Shown piece by piece: positions 12,555-25,159 of a stretch of DNA of 64,000 nucleotides (the stretch's first letter is position 1; each line of letters opens with the position of its first letter). Position numbers and translations under genes: made by a program. The stretch covers positions 64,604,001-64,668,000 of the forward strand of contig CM060731.1 in assembly GCA_030704615.1 (NCBI GenBank). The letters run 5' to 3'. The stretch comes from Takakia lepidozioides (taxonomy: Eukaryota > Plantae > Bryophyta). Under the pieces are notes generated by a model. That model was not told where the DNA came from. It did no database searches and was given only the letters and a program-made list of their open reading frames with translations.

Positions 12555-12754
12555 TGCTGACGTGGCAGTTGACGGACAGTGCCACGTCATCATTTACCGC
12601 CACATCAGCATGCTGACATGACGCTCACGCCACGTCAGCATGTGTGCAGGCTCACGCCACGTCAGCTGGCGTGAGCGTACGCTCACGCCACGTCACTCCT
12701 GCGTGAGCGTACGCTCGCGCACTCACGTGCAACGCTCACGCCATTGCGTCGTTG
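12555..12754. repeat. Right subterminal GCTCACGCCACGTCA repeats and TIR
   Basis: gctcacgccacgtca occurs three times, with gcgtgagcgtacgctc hairpins; the end is gctcacgccattgcgtcgttg. Confidence 0.85.
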
Positions 12755-13260
12755 AAGCTTCTTCGTGTCATCTCCGGTTTCGTGTTATTGTTCCAGTGGA
12801 TCCTCACTTGGTTTAGGAACTCGGGACCAAAATCAGGGTCAGCTATTCTCAGCTGCTTCATGAAAGCGCTCATGAGCTTCTTTCGGGTATCATTCATCGT
12901 AAATTTCATGGCTTCCGCACTCCCTTGGACGTTCTCATACCCTCCGGGTTTTTCAAATAGTACTCTGCTTTTCCTCTCTCTCTCCAGCTTTAGCTATTTC
13001 TTGCTGCAAAACGTAATCTGGAATGAGATCACATATTACTAACAATCACAATAGAAAATGGAAGGCCCGAGTGATGGAACTAACCGTGTACATGTGTTCC
13101 ATGAATGCTTCCCTCGTCAGCTTGTACCAGGTGTCTGACGTTTTTGATGTCAAGCATTTCTTGAAGGACTCCGCACTCACAATGCTCTTGAATGAATTGT
13201 GCATCTGGCCGATATTCTGGATCCTGAATAGGGTGTGAAGCAGGTTCGTTGTCACATGTG
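12755..13260 (-). pseudogene. Upstream part of the interrupted ParB-domain paralog, continuing 179-1419
   Basis: TTNLLHTLFRIQNIG...WYKLTREAFMEHMYT matches TTSLVHTLFRIQRIG...WYSLTREAFLEYMYA. RKKLMSAFMKQLRIADPDFGPEFL matches RTKLMSAFGKQLRIVDPGLGPEFL. Confidence 0.85.
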
Positions 13261-14185
13261 CTTCGCTGGTTCATACCTTACCCTACACGTCTCTCGTCCC
13301 TGCAAGCTCGGTGTTAGGATCACACGAACACATTAGAGAGGTTTTGTGGGTGGGCAAGATGGAGGAGGAGATTTGGAGCAGGCTCCTTTTCGAGTTAGTG
13401 ATGGTAGTGTTGGCTTGTTTGCCGTATCGAAGTCCGGCCCGCTTCAAGTCAGTGTGCAAGTTGTGGAACTCCCTCCCATCCACTGCTAGTTTCCAACAAC
13501 TCTGTCAGCACCTCCCTCTTCACCAAGACTCCTATCTCTTGTTTTCAAGAAGAGATGTTCTTACGTTGTATGCGCCCACAACTCGACGGTGGCACAATAT
13601 CGACCTCAATTCCCATTCCACAATTTTCGATTCGGAGTTGGTGCTGCAGATGGAAGCTTATTTTGCATATTGGAGGATGGCGAGGATGACATATCATTGA
13701 GAGTGTACAATCCTCTGTTGAACACTTCCAGACAATTGCCACAATTGCCTACCCGGCCTCACGATTCAACACATTTCTACGTGCAAAGAGTAAATATGAT
13801 TGTGGATAGATGCAGCAACACCTACAAGGTCCTTGCGATGTCAACCAATGACGAGGGAGGACTTTGGAGAACGCACATCTATGACTCAACTTGCGAGTGT
13901 TGGACCGAGACTGGAAACATGTCCTCAGTAACCCCGATGTTCCGTATTGTGGAGGAGGTGTGATATGTGGCCCTACTCTCTTTGCTCTGTTTTATGGCCG
14001 AGACTACATTTTGATGGCTTGTGACATTGGCAGCCGTGTGTGGACTAAAGTTGCTGTACGGATGCCTTACTTTGGTAGAGGTGGTTGGTGTCAACTTGTA
14101 GAGAGTGAGGGGGGCCTCTTGCTGGTTGGGCCGCCACGCCATCAAATTCACCTCTCACCATTACTCTGTGTGTGGGAGTTCAAAG
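13258..14185 (+). pseudogene. Truncated, frameshifted duplicate of the F-box gene
   Basis: Collinear with 14742-15671. ATG at 13359, frameshifts at ~13620 and ~13930, and it ends at GGGAGTTCAAAG next to a 14-bp tandem duplication. Confidence 0.9.
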
Positions 14186-14842
14186 GCATTACCTCTAAGG
14201 CATTACCTCTATCACAATGCGGTTGTCCAGGAATGGATGAACAACAGAGAAGTGGTTAGCAGCTTATGAGGCACTTTGCCTTTGTACCCTGTTGGTGGCT
14301 CCAGTTGTTTTTGGGTAACCAGTGCCACAGGCAGACAAAGGACACATGTTTTGAACCCGAGTAGTTGTAGACGGCTCTTCTGGCAGCGCCTTGTGGACTG
14401 CAACCAGCACTGGAAACGAAATGTATCTGCAACATGACCAGCCCCTTTTCCATCCCTTGATACTGTTGAAGAGCGGCGTATCCAGCTTGCACTCTGCCAT
14501 CTCCCTCCCCGACTTCCCGCACATGGAAGGATTTTTCAACGATTTTTAGGGTTTCCATGTACAGACCACGAAATACAAAGCAGGGCTGGAAATAGTATTA
14601 GGGAAGTGGATGGCGAGCAAAGAAGGTTCGAGTATCAGAGGCTCAAGGCCGAGGCTCTCTTCCAGAAAAAATCCTGCTTACGAAATGTAAGCTCACTCCT
14701 TTTTTGGGGAAATTCGTAACGCAGGGCAAGAAACACGTGCGGTGCTTCACTGGTTCATACCTTACCCTACACGTCTCTCGTCCCTGCAAGCTCGGTGTTA
14801 GGATCACACGAACACATTAGAGAGGTTTTGTGGGTGGGCAAG

Positions 14843-15943
14843 ATGGAGGAGGAGATTTGGAGCAGGCTCCCTTTCGAGTTAGTGATGGTAGTGTTGGCCT
14901 GTTTGCCGTATCGAAGTCTGGCCCGCTTCAAGTCGGTGTGCAAGTTGTGGAACTCCCTCCCATCCACTGCTAGTTTCCAACAACTCTGTCAGCACCTCCC
15001 TCTTCACCAAGACTCCTATCTCTTGTTTTCAGGAAGAGATGTTCTTACGTTGTATGCGCCCACAACTCGACGGTGGCACAGTATCGGCCTCAAACTCCCA
15101 TTCCCCGAGGATAATTTTCTATTCAGAGTTAGTGCTGCAGATGGAGGCTTATTTTGCATAACGGAGGATGACGACGATGACGTATCATGCAGCGTGTACA
15201 ATCCTCTGTTGAACAGTTCCAGACAATTGCCACAATTGCCTGTCCGGCCTGACGATTCAACACATTTCTACGTGGAAAGAGTAAATATGATTGTGGATAG
15301 ATGCAGCAACACCTACAAGGTCCTTGCGATTTCAATCGATGACGAGGGAGGACTTTGGAGAACGCACATCTATGACTCAACTTGCGAGTGTTGGACCGAG
15401 ACTGGAACCTCAGTAACCGATGTTCCGTATCATTGTAGAGAAAGTGTGATATGTGGCCCTACTCTCTTTGCTCTATTTGATGGACGAGACTACATTTTGA
15501 TGGCTTGTGACATTGGCAGCCGTGTGTGGACTAAAGTTGCTGTACGGATGCCTGACTTTGGTAGAGGTGGTTTGTGTCGACTTGTAGAGAGTGAGGGGGG
15601 CCTGTTGCTGGTTGGGCTGCTTCGCCATCAAATTCAGCTCTCACCATCACTCTGTGTGTGGGAGTTCAAAGTTTCTACAACGGGTGCAGAGTGGCTGGAG
15701 ATTGCAAGGACTGATGAGATTGCAGGAATTACTAGGCTGGTTGACATGCTCACCTTTCAAGTGGTGAGCCATGACAATCTCTTATTCATATGGAGCAGAT
15801 TCCAGGAAGCAGTTGTGATATATGACATGAAGCAACACACATGGACCTCCACGGGATTTCCACTTGATCTACAAGTGAGGGCCCTGCAAGACCCTCGCTT
15901 TAATTGTTTGGTTGGCGGTCTTAGTTTTGGTGCAAAAGTCTAG
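14843..15943 (+). CDS. F-box protein with kelch/FBA-like C-terminal region, intronless
   Basis: MEEEIWSRLPFELVMVVLACLPYRSLARFKSVCKLWNSL F-box motif; VYNPL, IYDS...W and IYDMKQHTW blades; open 367-codon frame. Confidence 0.9.
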   Translation: MEEEIWSRLPFELVMVVLACLPYRSLARFKSVCKLWNSLPSTASFQQLCQHLPLHQDSYLLFSGRDVLTLYAPTTRRWHSIGLKLPFPEDNFLFRVSAADGGLFCITEDDDDDVSCSVYNPLLNSSRQLPQLPVRPDDSTHFYVERVNMIVDRCSNTYKVLAISIDDEGGLWRTHIYDSTCECWTETGTSVTDVPYHCRESVICGPTLFALFDGRDYILMACDIGSRVWTKVAVRMPDFGRGGLCRLVESEGGLLLVGLLRHQIQLSPSLCVWEFKVSTTGAEWLEIARTDEIAGITRLVDMLTFQVVSHDNLLFIWSRFQEAVVIYDMKQHTWTSTGFPLDLQVRALQDPRFNCLVGGLSFGAKV

Positions 15944-17477
15944 ACAAGCTTTTGTTTTGTTTTGGAACATGTTCCAATTCCATTGGAGACTTGTATGGCT
16001 TCTTTTTTCCCTTTCCGTGTTGGGCTGCCATGCGCCATGTGCTTGTTGCCCGTGTTTACTTTGAAAGAGTTTTAATATTTCAAAAGTTGTGGTGGGGCAA
16101 GATTAGAATATGCAGCCTGCATATTGATGTGATGAAGTTGGTTGTCCCTTATGTGCTCATAACTCTTGAAAGCCTCCTAACCAGTTTCGAGCATTTAGTA
16201 TACTGGAATCATTGCACTCTATGCAACTACATCTCGTTTAGTCAGTCTGTCCAACACTTCTTTCACACTTCCACAATATCTTATTAGCTATTCACCAAGG
16301 AGCTTGGAACCATGGAGATACTATGTTGCCATCTCTACTGAAGGAAGGACAAAAGACATGTGGAACAACAACAAAAATGCTTGAATGCAGCATAAATTGA
16401 GTGGAGCCATAACGATGAGCTGGTTTTCCTCTTAGCCCATGTGTGTGCTTGTATCTGAAAGGAAACTACATCAAGGCACTGTGCATTAGGTCAGCTTATT
16501 GATGCGCCGCTCTTCAATAATAATGGATCTGAGCCGCCATTATATGCTGATGAAGATAAGCACCTGTTTGTCTGGGAAAAGAGAGTTCAACCTATGAACT
16601 CGAACAGAGACAAGTTTGCTGGGTCAGGAAGAAAGCTCAACCTATTTGCGTCCGTTGAGAAAAGACAAAATTACACTAACTACTGACCGATAAGGATGTG
16701 CCCAATGCTCTATTGGCAGTGCAGATCGGTCCTTTGTTGCTGGCACGCTCGGGAGACGACACCTCTGCAGAAGTGTCAGAGCTACTGAATGTTTTAGAAG
16801 TGTGCACTACTTGGATTCGGTAGCATGTTTGGATCCCTCTCACATTTTCTTTTGATCTCATGCACTTGCGGGTCTCACCTGCAAATTCTTTCTCCCGCAC
16901 GGTTCCAAACATAGAAACGGACTGATAGACCTGCGATCTGAGCTGATTTGACAACTTGCTTCACGTCACAGGGGCTGATTGTTTGTGGTGGAATCGGAAA
17001 ACTCCCTGCCAAAATCAAGTCAGCTTGTGTGGTGTATCGCCAGCTCTCTTTCTTCTTACCTATCTCTCTCGCGCACATCAAATTTGGTCAAGGTTCTACC
17101 AATGTGTGTTCTATGTGATGATTTTGGCAGGAGCTATTGTCACAGTCAGTCCAATTTTCTTACGAAGAGCTGAGGTGGGTAGTGTGTGTATGTGAGGTAA
17201 GGTGCATGGAACTGGTATCCCAGAAATTGTTTCACCGCTGTCATTGTCCTTACCGTAATCCCAGTGGGTGACACTCCTGTTTCTCTCTCTCTCATGAATT
17301 GAGCTATCGAAACTTCCCGTTTATGCTTGAATGATGTCATTGGTCCTTGAATGTTGGGGGAGAAGGAAAGAGATAAAGAAAGAAATGAACAAGTTTAGTA
17401 AAGTTGACAGGAAGCACGCTGAACCGAATTGTATCACAGACAAAGCAGCACTAGAAAACTAGGCCCACAATGGCGGG

Positions 17478-17537
17478 GGGAGAGAGAGACAGAATGTACT
17501 CATAAGACGTTGTTTGCCGTAGCCTTGTGGCCATTGA

Positions 17538-17569
<32 letters not shown>

Positions 17570-20500
17570 CAGATTGTACTCATAAGACGTTGTTTGCCGT
17601 AGCCTTGTGGCCATTGACCCCGCGCCCAGTTTGAGCGGGAACAAAAGGGACAGAACCTACCTCTGTCAGGGGCTGACGTTGGTAGTAAGACTTACCTCCA
17701 TATAAAGAATTAATCCGGGTTTTCCAGATCTCCTCTAGAAATCCCTTCACACAAGCATCAATCTGCTGTGTGTGATTTGCCCAAAAACTAGGCCTCAGGA
17801 GGGCCTGGGCTTTTGGCTCAGCCTCGAGACTTTCAAAGTTGGTAAACAGGGGTACAGGCACAATTCCCTTAATAGATTTGAAGAGAGCGTCTCTTTGGTG
17901 AGAGAACCCCGGACAGTGTATCAGAAAATGAATACTGTCTTCAGATTGCCCACACAACGGGCAATTGCACTCTCCCTTTCCTCTCTGCTTCTGTTTGCTG
18001 TTCAAAGGTAGGCTTCCTGCCCTGAGTTTAAATTTCAGTCTAGTGCCGAGAGTGGGTAGACCCTTGAGGTCATCCAAGATGTCCTCCCCCATGTCACAGA
18101 CTGGAAACAAGTTCAGGGAAGTTTTCTGCCTAACTTCATTTTCATCAGACAATCTCATGGCAACAGACATGGCTGAGGACACTACAGCCTCTAAGTCAGA
18201 TTTATCCAGCAGGGTCAAGACTTGCGGATCCAGGTCCAGGTCCTTGAGGATCTTTTCTACTCTCTTCTGCCAGGACTTAGCCTGTTTGACAGGGCGTTCC
18301 TGTTTCCAAGATATAGAGTCGATTAATTTAGGATATCTGGTGTTGGGCATATGTTGCAGCTGACCCCACCATCTGACCTTGAATTCATCTCGTCGGGAGC
18401 TTAAGGACGGAATGCCAAACTCACCCCGAACAGCCACATTGGCTGTTTTGGAGCATGCTGACATACACTCCTTAAGCACCCCCACTTGAATGGATTCTAG
18501 AGACTTAGCCTGGTTGGAGTTATCAACCCATATAGCAGATCCGTACTCCAAGGCAGGTCTAATAACGCGACAAAGCATCGTTTTCTTAACCTCAGAGTTG
18601 ACCCCTCTGCAGTGGAAAAATTTAGTGAGCCCCAGAGCTTTGCCCTTGCCAGTTTGAACAACTTTCCGGATATGTGCATCCCGATTACAATTGGAGGAGA
18701 ACTCAACGCCCAGGTAAGTGTAGGAAGGGAGGACCGGGATCTCTTGGCTACCCCACTGCCACTTAAGATCACTTCCTCCCTCTCCTCTGTCGTTGAATGC
18801 TACCACTGCACATTTGCTGACATTAGCCTCTAGCCCCCAAAGATCAAAGTATCTCTTCGCGCAATCAATCAACTCCTGGAGATTGGTTGGAGTCTCCCCT
18901 ATGCCTGCGAAGTCATCCGCAAACATAAGGGCTGGTATGGTGGTATCACCCACCCTTAACCCAAATCCCTCACTTTCCACATCCTCGAGGAGTTGATTGA
19001 TGAAAACATTGAAGAGCAGAGGGGAGAGAGTACATCCTTGAGCTACACCTTGGTCTATGTCAAAGAAGTTGGACTTCTGTCCGTTAACAGTGACACAGCT
19101 TTTGGTGTGAGCATACAAGTTGTGGACAACTCTCCACATCTTTCCCTTGATCCCACAAGACCAGAGGCGGAACCATAGGCCATCCCTCCACACTGTGTCA
19201 TAAGCCTTTTTGACATCCAGGAAAAAGACATAAGTGGGTTTCCCTTCTTTTTTCCTTCCCTGGATAATCTGGCTTAGAGTGAAGATATGATCCACACAGC
19301 CCCCGTTTCGCCGAAAGCCAGCTTGGCCTTCGTGGAAACAACCTCTGGACTCCAGATCAACCTCGAGACGAGTACTTATAACTCTGCAGAATGTCTTGCC
19401 AACAGCATTGAGGAGCGTGATGCCACGGTAGTTCCCCGGTTCTTCTCTGTCACCCTTCTTGTATAGATTGACAATGACCCCCTGTCGCCAGCGAAAGGGG
19501 ATCATTTCAGTCTTCCAGATAAGGTTAAAGAGGAGAACTAGGGCCTCTATCATTGGATCGCCACCGTGCTTGATAAGCTCGTTGACAATACCATCAGGTC
19601 CACCAGCTTTATATCCATTTAAATGTTCAATTGCTTCCACAATCTCAGAAGAACTAATGGGAGCATTATAAGCCATTGAAATATACTCCAGTTCATCAGG
19701 GCTGTTTTGAATCATAGGAACAGTTTTTCCAACTGTGTCCCTCCATTCAGCAGAAGACCCCTCACTGTTAGACCTAGAAGTTCTGCCAAGGATACTGTAG
19801 TGAGTTTCAAAGGTTTTGACAATGTCAACCGATGAAGTCACCACTGCACCTTTAGTAGTCTTCAGCGCTTGTACTTGCTGACCGTTTTCGGTTTGTACAA
19901 ACGTTGAAGGGCCAACCAGAATTTCTTGTCATTACCACCATGGTGGTTTGAGTTTATTTCACTGTATAACTTGTCCCAGTATAATTTCTTCTGAGACCTA
20001 ACAAGCTGATTGATATCTTTACGGAGCTGGTAGTACCTCGCCCACAATTCTCTGTTGGTTTCCAAATTGCAGCACTCTTTATAGAGGGCTCGTCTCTCAG
20101 CTATCTTGAGTTTAATCTCATTAGTCCACCAATTAACTGCTCTACCGCAGACAATTAGTTTCCTCCCAATGATCTTGTCAGCCACGGAGGAAACGAAACT
20201 CTCCCAAGAGTCCACTGCTCTTTCGACTTCATTTCTTGCGTTAACAGAGCGTGACTGAAGTTCTTGGAGCGATTGGACAAAATGAGGGAGAGCCTCTTGC
20301 AAGGCCTGGACGTACTCAACCTTGACCTCCTCATTGTGGAATTTTTCTATGCGCCACTTCCGAATCGAACGTTTCACAGATCTCTTGGTGGTGGGAAAAC
20401 ACCTTTTGATCTCAGTCCAAACCAGGAAGTGGTCAGAGGTACCAATATCAGTTCTGTCGATCAACACATTGGCACACTGGGGGAACAAAATTTTGTCCAT

Positions 20501-20965
20501 TATGATATAGTCCACAATGGAACGTTCCCCAGTTTGGGGTTTCTCACGAGTCCACTGCACTTGGTCACCTCTTGTCCTGTTATTCAAGGTCAAAAGCTGA
20601 AGCTCTTCTAGACAGTTAATTAACCGTCTGCCATTAGAATTCAGCTCGTCCTCACCAAAAGGTCCAATGATATCGTCCTGATGGATCCCTTTGCCCACCC
20701 GGGCATTGAAGTCCCCCAATAGTACCACCTGACCTTTGGCAAGGAACGAAGCACAGTCCAGCTTTACATCTTCGAAGGCCTTGTCTGCGTCAGTACTAAG
20801 GGTCCCCTCTGTGGGCATGTAAACACAACCAACAAAGAGGTCCTTTGTACTCATGCCGCCCTTCAAATTCAGTTTTAGCCAGATACTATGCTCGTACCTC
20901 AAACCCTTGTTGATAATTTCACAATTATCAAACAAGAAATCACAGAGACAGAGACAGAGACAGAG
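17478..20965 (-). mobile_element. 5'-truncated non-LTR retrotransposon (APE endonuclease + RT + C-terminal Cys/His motif; RTE/RTEX-like) with a (TC)n tail
   Basis: APE motifs GDFNARVG, IVDYI, SDHFLV (19862-20940). RT motifs GPDGI, YRGITLL, FLDVKKAYD, GVAQGCTLSPLLF, LMFADD, YLGV (17580-19844). CPLC..H...C near the C-terminus. One frameshift at ~19870, and the last ~60 bp are duplicated around a GA microsatellite. Confidence 0.92.
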
Positions 20966-21199
20966 AACGGACGTTGGCGATGATCCCTTGTGGACCAGTT
21001 CCCAGTGGTGTTTGACCTCTCGTTGCACGTCAGCTATGGGGATCGGGGTGTTTTGTGATCTGCCATTCATATCGCACTAGAAAGCATGAGGTTGACCTCA
21101 TCACGTGACACATGTAGCTGTGCCGTGTCCCTGTTAAGAGAAAATGCAGAACTGCTCTTCCACACATCTGTCTTGCAATGCATGTGTGTATATGTGAGG

Positions 21200-21418
21200 A
21201 TGTACTCATAAGACGTTGTTTGCCGTAGCCTTGTGGCCTTAGACCCCGCGCCCAGTTTGGGCGGAACGAAAGGGAACAGACACTCCCTTTGTAAGGGGCT
21301 CACACCGGTAGTGGGACTCACCAATTTAAGACAATTAGTTCTGGCTTTCCAGATATCCTCTAGAAAGCCCTTCACATAAGTATCAACCTGCTGTGTGTGT
21401 GCTTTAGGCTCAGCCTCC
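21200..21418 (-). mobile_element. 3'-end fragment of the same LINE family
   Basis: gtactcataagacgttgtttgccgtagccttgtggcc... matches 17576-17770. Confidence 0.85.
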
Positions 21419-24098
21419 TTTTCCTCTCTGCATCCGTATGGATCAAGTGCAGCTCGAATATACAGAACATATTTTCTTAGTGCAGGGTAAATTGCTGTCG
21501 TTCATGTTCTTGTGACTGACTCATTTCTGTGCAGGTTTGTCAGAAGACAGTGCCTGCGCGAAGAGAGGATAGACAGAGCTATGAAGCAAAGGATGTTGGT
21601 GACCGGGGCATCAAGTGGGGTGGGTAAGGCCACAGCTGTCCAGCTTGCACGGTATGGTAACACTCTATACATCACTGGGCGGGATGGAAAAACGGCTGAG
21701 TGAATCTGCAGATCAATGCACGGGTGAGTCCATCTACCACCTGTTCTCTCTCTTTAGGCACTGTGTTTGAAAGACTTCCATTATGCAAATGTTTAGAAGG
21801 GATGGTAGGTGGCCACCCCTTTCCCTTTCCGTAATTTCTCCTTCCTCTACTACAGTACACTGGTAGCCCATTCAGATGGGCCGAACAATTGTTTCTACAA
21901 TTAACAGTCGATTCAACCATCTTGTCATCCACTATATCCATTCTCAATGCCAGAGTCTGTCAATGCCAGGAACTAAATAACTCCCAAGCACAGTAACTGG
22001 ATATTTGCACCTGTTTGAGATTACTAGGGAATTTTGGGTTGAGTGGAACCCCACAACAGCTGCCGAATGGGTTGGTATCAGGTTCCTTAACTGTTTGATT
22101 TCCTCCCAAAAGACTACATCAGTACACAGACCTCAAGGAGATGAAATATTACTGGCTGCATGACAGATGACCATGATAGCCTAAATATCTTGTAGACTAA
22201 CTGTTTTACTTCCTATTCAAGGAAAGCAAAACCCAAGGCTGTTTCTCAGTGGAATCAGCTTACCTACACATGGGTTCAAAACAAGCTACACAAATTAACA
22301 GACCTCCTGGGGGTTCAATTTGGCATACATTGTTTGTGACAGCCCTCTGTGTGAGTGTTGATTATAAGGAACCAGAAAAATTGGCAATGAAAGCTGCTAA
22401 TGTTTCGGTGTTGTGCACAGGAGCCCAGAAAGTGTACAAAGGGTTGGGTGATGTGGCAGAAGAGGCTGACGTGGAATGACTGTATTTGGAGGCAGTCGAA
22501 AAGCTGGGGGTCATTGATGTTGCGGTGCTGAATGCAGGGGTAGCCCGCCATGGAAAACTGGAGACAGTCTCTATTGAAGATTTTGATTTGCAGTTCAACA
22601 CCAATGTGCGTGGCATGTTTCTATGGCTCAAGCATATTATACCCCATATGAAGGTCTGTGACATTTACGTGGGTGATGTGGTTTAAAACAAAATGCCTTA
22701 CAATGATGCCCTACCTTGCTGTCATGATCCACTGGCTAAACCCCATTCATTAGAATTATATGCCATCCACACCAAGGACACCCCTTGTAAGTTTGGCCTG
22801 ATCTGAATGTGACGTGGTGGAAACTGAAGGTGGTGGGAATCCGTCTGCAGTGTATTAGATGGATGATTGGAGAGGAGCAGAAAAAGAACAAAGTCTCTAT
22901 TTTCATTAGAAGTCTCTAGGGAGAATGGAAGAGAATGTAATCATGCCGTTCCCTGCGAACGTTGGCTTGCAATAGCCGTACGGCCAAACTAATCGTCTAG
23001 GGTGTTCTGGTGCTTGCGCTGACAACCTGTTGGGATTATGGTCATCTCTTCCCCCTGCCCAAAAGCTTGGGAGTTCCGAGTTAGTACCACCAGATTTGAA
23101 TATGGAGGGTTTGGGTTTGATATTTGAGTTGCAACCCCAAGGATGGCATGTGCTGTGTCCTTTAACCAGATTCTTCTCTGAACCCATGCCTGAATTGAAG
23201 ATTGATTGCTTGCTGGGTGTCATTGTAAGCTTTGCTAATTAAGGTGGGATTTCCCTGAAATAGGTGGTTTGACTTTGTGACAATTGCGTTTCAGGAAAGG
23301 GGATCGGGACAGATAGTGGTGATAAGCAGCATTTTAGGTGAGACTTCATGTGCTGGCAAGAGCATCTACAGTGCCACTAAATTTGCAGTTCAGGCCATGA
23401 TTGAAGGGCTTCGACAAGAGCTTCAGGGTACGGGTGTGAAAGCTGCCACAGTTCTTCCTGGAAAAATCTCAACACCATGGTTAGTGAGATTTCCTTTCTA
23501 TTGGAAGAGTGGAAAAGGATTTGTTTTCATTTTAGCATTGTAGAGAGACTCAGTGGGTTTTATCTAGGTGTGTTCCCTGCTTTCTCTCTCTCCAGTCCCT
23601 TTTTTATGCTGTACGACTGGCAGTGAACCATCTGGGTAAGAGGGCCTACAGTATCGATACTGTAATCAACCTCGTGCTTCTAGTATGACGCCCTTTAAGA
23701 GCTCTCAATCCCCTGTAATCCATTGATGTTATTTTTGTTCTACGACTACTGCAGATTTGGGCTGCTTTCAGGACCTGGTGCTTTTAAACCCCATGTCTGG
23801 CTCGGCAGGTTTTCGCATCATGCAATGACTACACCCTCCACCCATGAATTTCAGTCTCTTTCTCTCTCATGAGGTTATCCACGGCCATGAGACTATGAGA
23901 AGCACAGTGTAATGAAAACATCTCTTTGAACCTCTATGTTTGGGTGGGAGTGGTGTGCAAAACAGATGGGATGGCCCAGCAGGCAAAGGCCAGTCAATTC
24001 CAACCAATGCGCTTTCTGCTGATGATGTAGCTTCCGCCATTCTTTCAATTGTATATCAGGTAAGCGGTGTCTCCCCCTCCTCTCTCTCTCTCTCCCTG

Positions 24099-25027
24099 TT
24101 ATTAGGCCTGCCTTGGAGTATGCATCTGCAGTATGGGTTGATAACTCCAACCGGGCTAAGTCTCTAGAATCCATTCCAGTGGGGTGCTTAAGGAGTGCAT
24201 GCTCCAAAACAGCCAACGTGGCTGTTCGGGGTGAGTTTGGCATCCCTTCCTTAAGCTCCCGACGAGATGAATTCAAGGTCAGATGGTGGGTTCAGCTGCA
24301 ACATATGTCTAATATCAGAAATCCTAAGTTAATCGACTCTATATCGTGGAAGCGGGATTACAGGCTAAGTCCTGGCAGAAGAGAGTAGAAGAGATTCTCA
24401 AGGATCTGAATCTAAGCACGCAAGTCTTGACCCCTGCTGGATAATCTGACTTAAGGCTGTAGTGTCCAAAGCCATCTCTGCTGCCAGGAAATTGTCTGAT
24501 GAAAATGAAGTTAGGCAGAAAACTTCCCTGAACTTGTTTCCAGTCTGTGACATGGGAGAGGCCACCATGGATGACCTTAAGGGTTTACCCACCCTCAGCA
24601 CTAGACTGAAATTTGAACTCAGGGCGGGAAGCCTACCTTTGAACAGCAAACAGATGCAGAGAGGAAAGAGGGATTGCAATTGCCCGTTGTGTGGGCAACC
24701 TGAAGACAATATTCATTTTCTGATTTATTTTCAAATCCATCAAGGGAATTGTGCCTGAACCTCTGTTTACCAACTTTGAAAGTCTTGAGGCTGAGCCAAA
24801 AGCCCAGGCCCTTTTGGGGCCTAGTTATTGGGCAAACCACAGACAGCAGATTGATGCTTGTGTGAAGGGATTTCTAGAGGATATCTGAAAAACTTGGATT
24901 AATTGTCTGTTCCAAGGTAAGTCATAGTACCGGCTTCAGCCCCTGACAAAGGTAGTTTCTGTCCGCTCAAACTGAGCACGAGGTCAGTGGCCACAAGGCT
25001 ACGGCAAACAACATCTCATGAGTACAT
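24099..25027 (+). mobile_element. 5'-truncated copy of the LINE inside SDR intron 4, with a 12-bp TSD
   Basis: Homologous to the reverse complement of 17576-18565. TCTCTCTCCCTG at 24087-24098 and 25028-25039. Confidence 0.9.
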
Positions 25028-25159
25028 TCTCTCTCCCTGGTGGGTGCAAACCCCACAAAAGGCTCTGGGATGGTTAGTTTCCTGCGGGGTCCATGGCCAT
25101 TAGGCTAGTCCTTTCTCTTTTCTCTCTCTTTCTCTTTTTCTCTCTTTTCTTGCTTTCCT

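Larger units (their letters stand above)
1420..12754. mobile_element. Mutator-like (MULE) DNA transposon, ~11.3 kb, copy 1, carrying a transposase and a ParB-methyltransferase gene
   Basis: Left end CAGGGATGCCTCGGCGTGAGC versus reverse complement of right end CAACGACGCAATGGCGTGAGC. The 9-bp TSD AAGCTTCTT lies at 1411-1419 and 12755-12763. The flanks are two halves of one gene, and matching termini recur at 34041 and 54707. Confidence 0.9.

Noticed and set aside
14256-14558. Short minus-strand ORFs between the F-box copies
   Set aside because: No recognisable motif; a coding role cannot be supported.
19844-19880. LINE endonuclease and RT as separate ORFs or a programmed frameshift
   Set aside because: A single indel in one ancestral ORF explains it, and no slippery site is evident.
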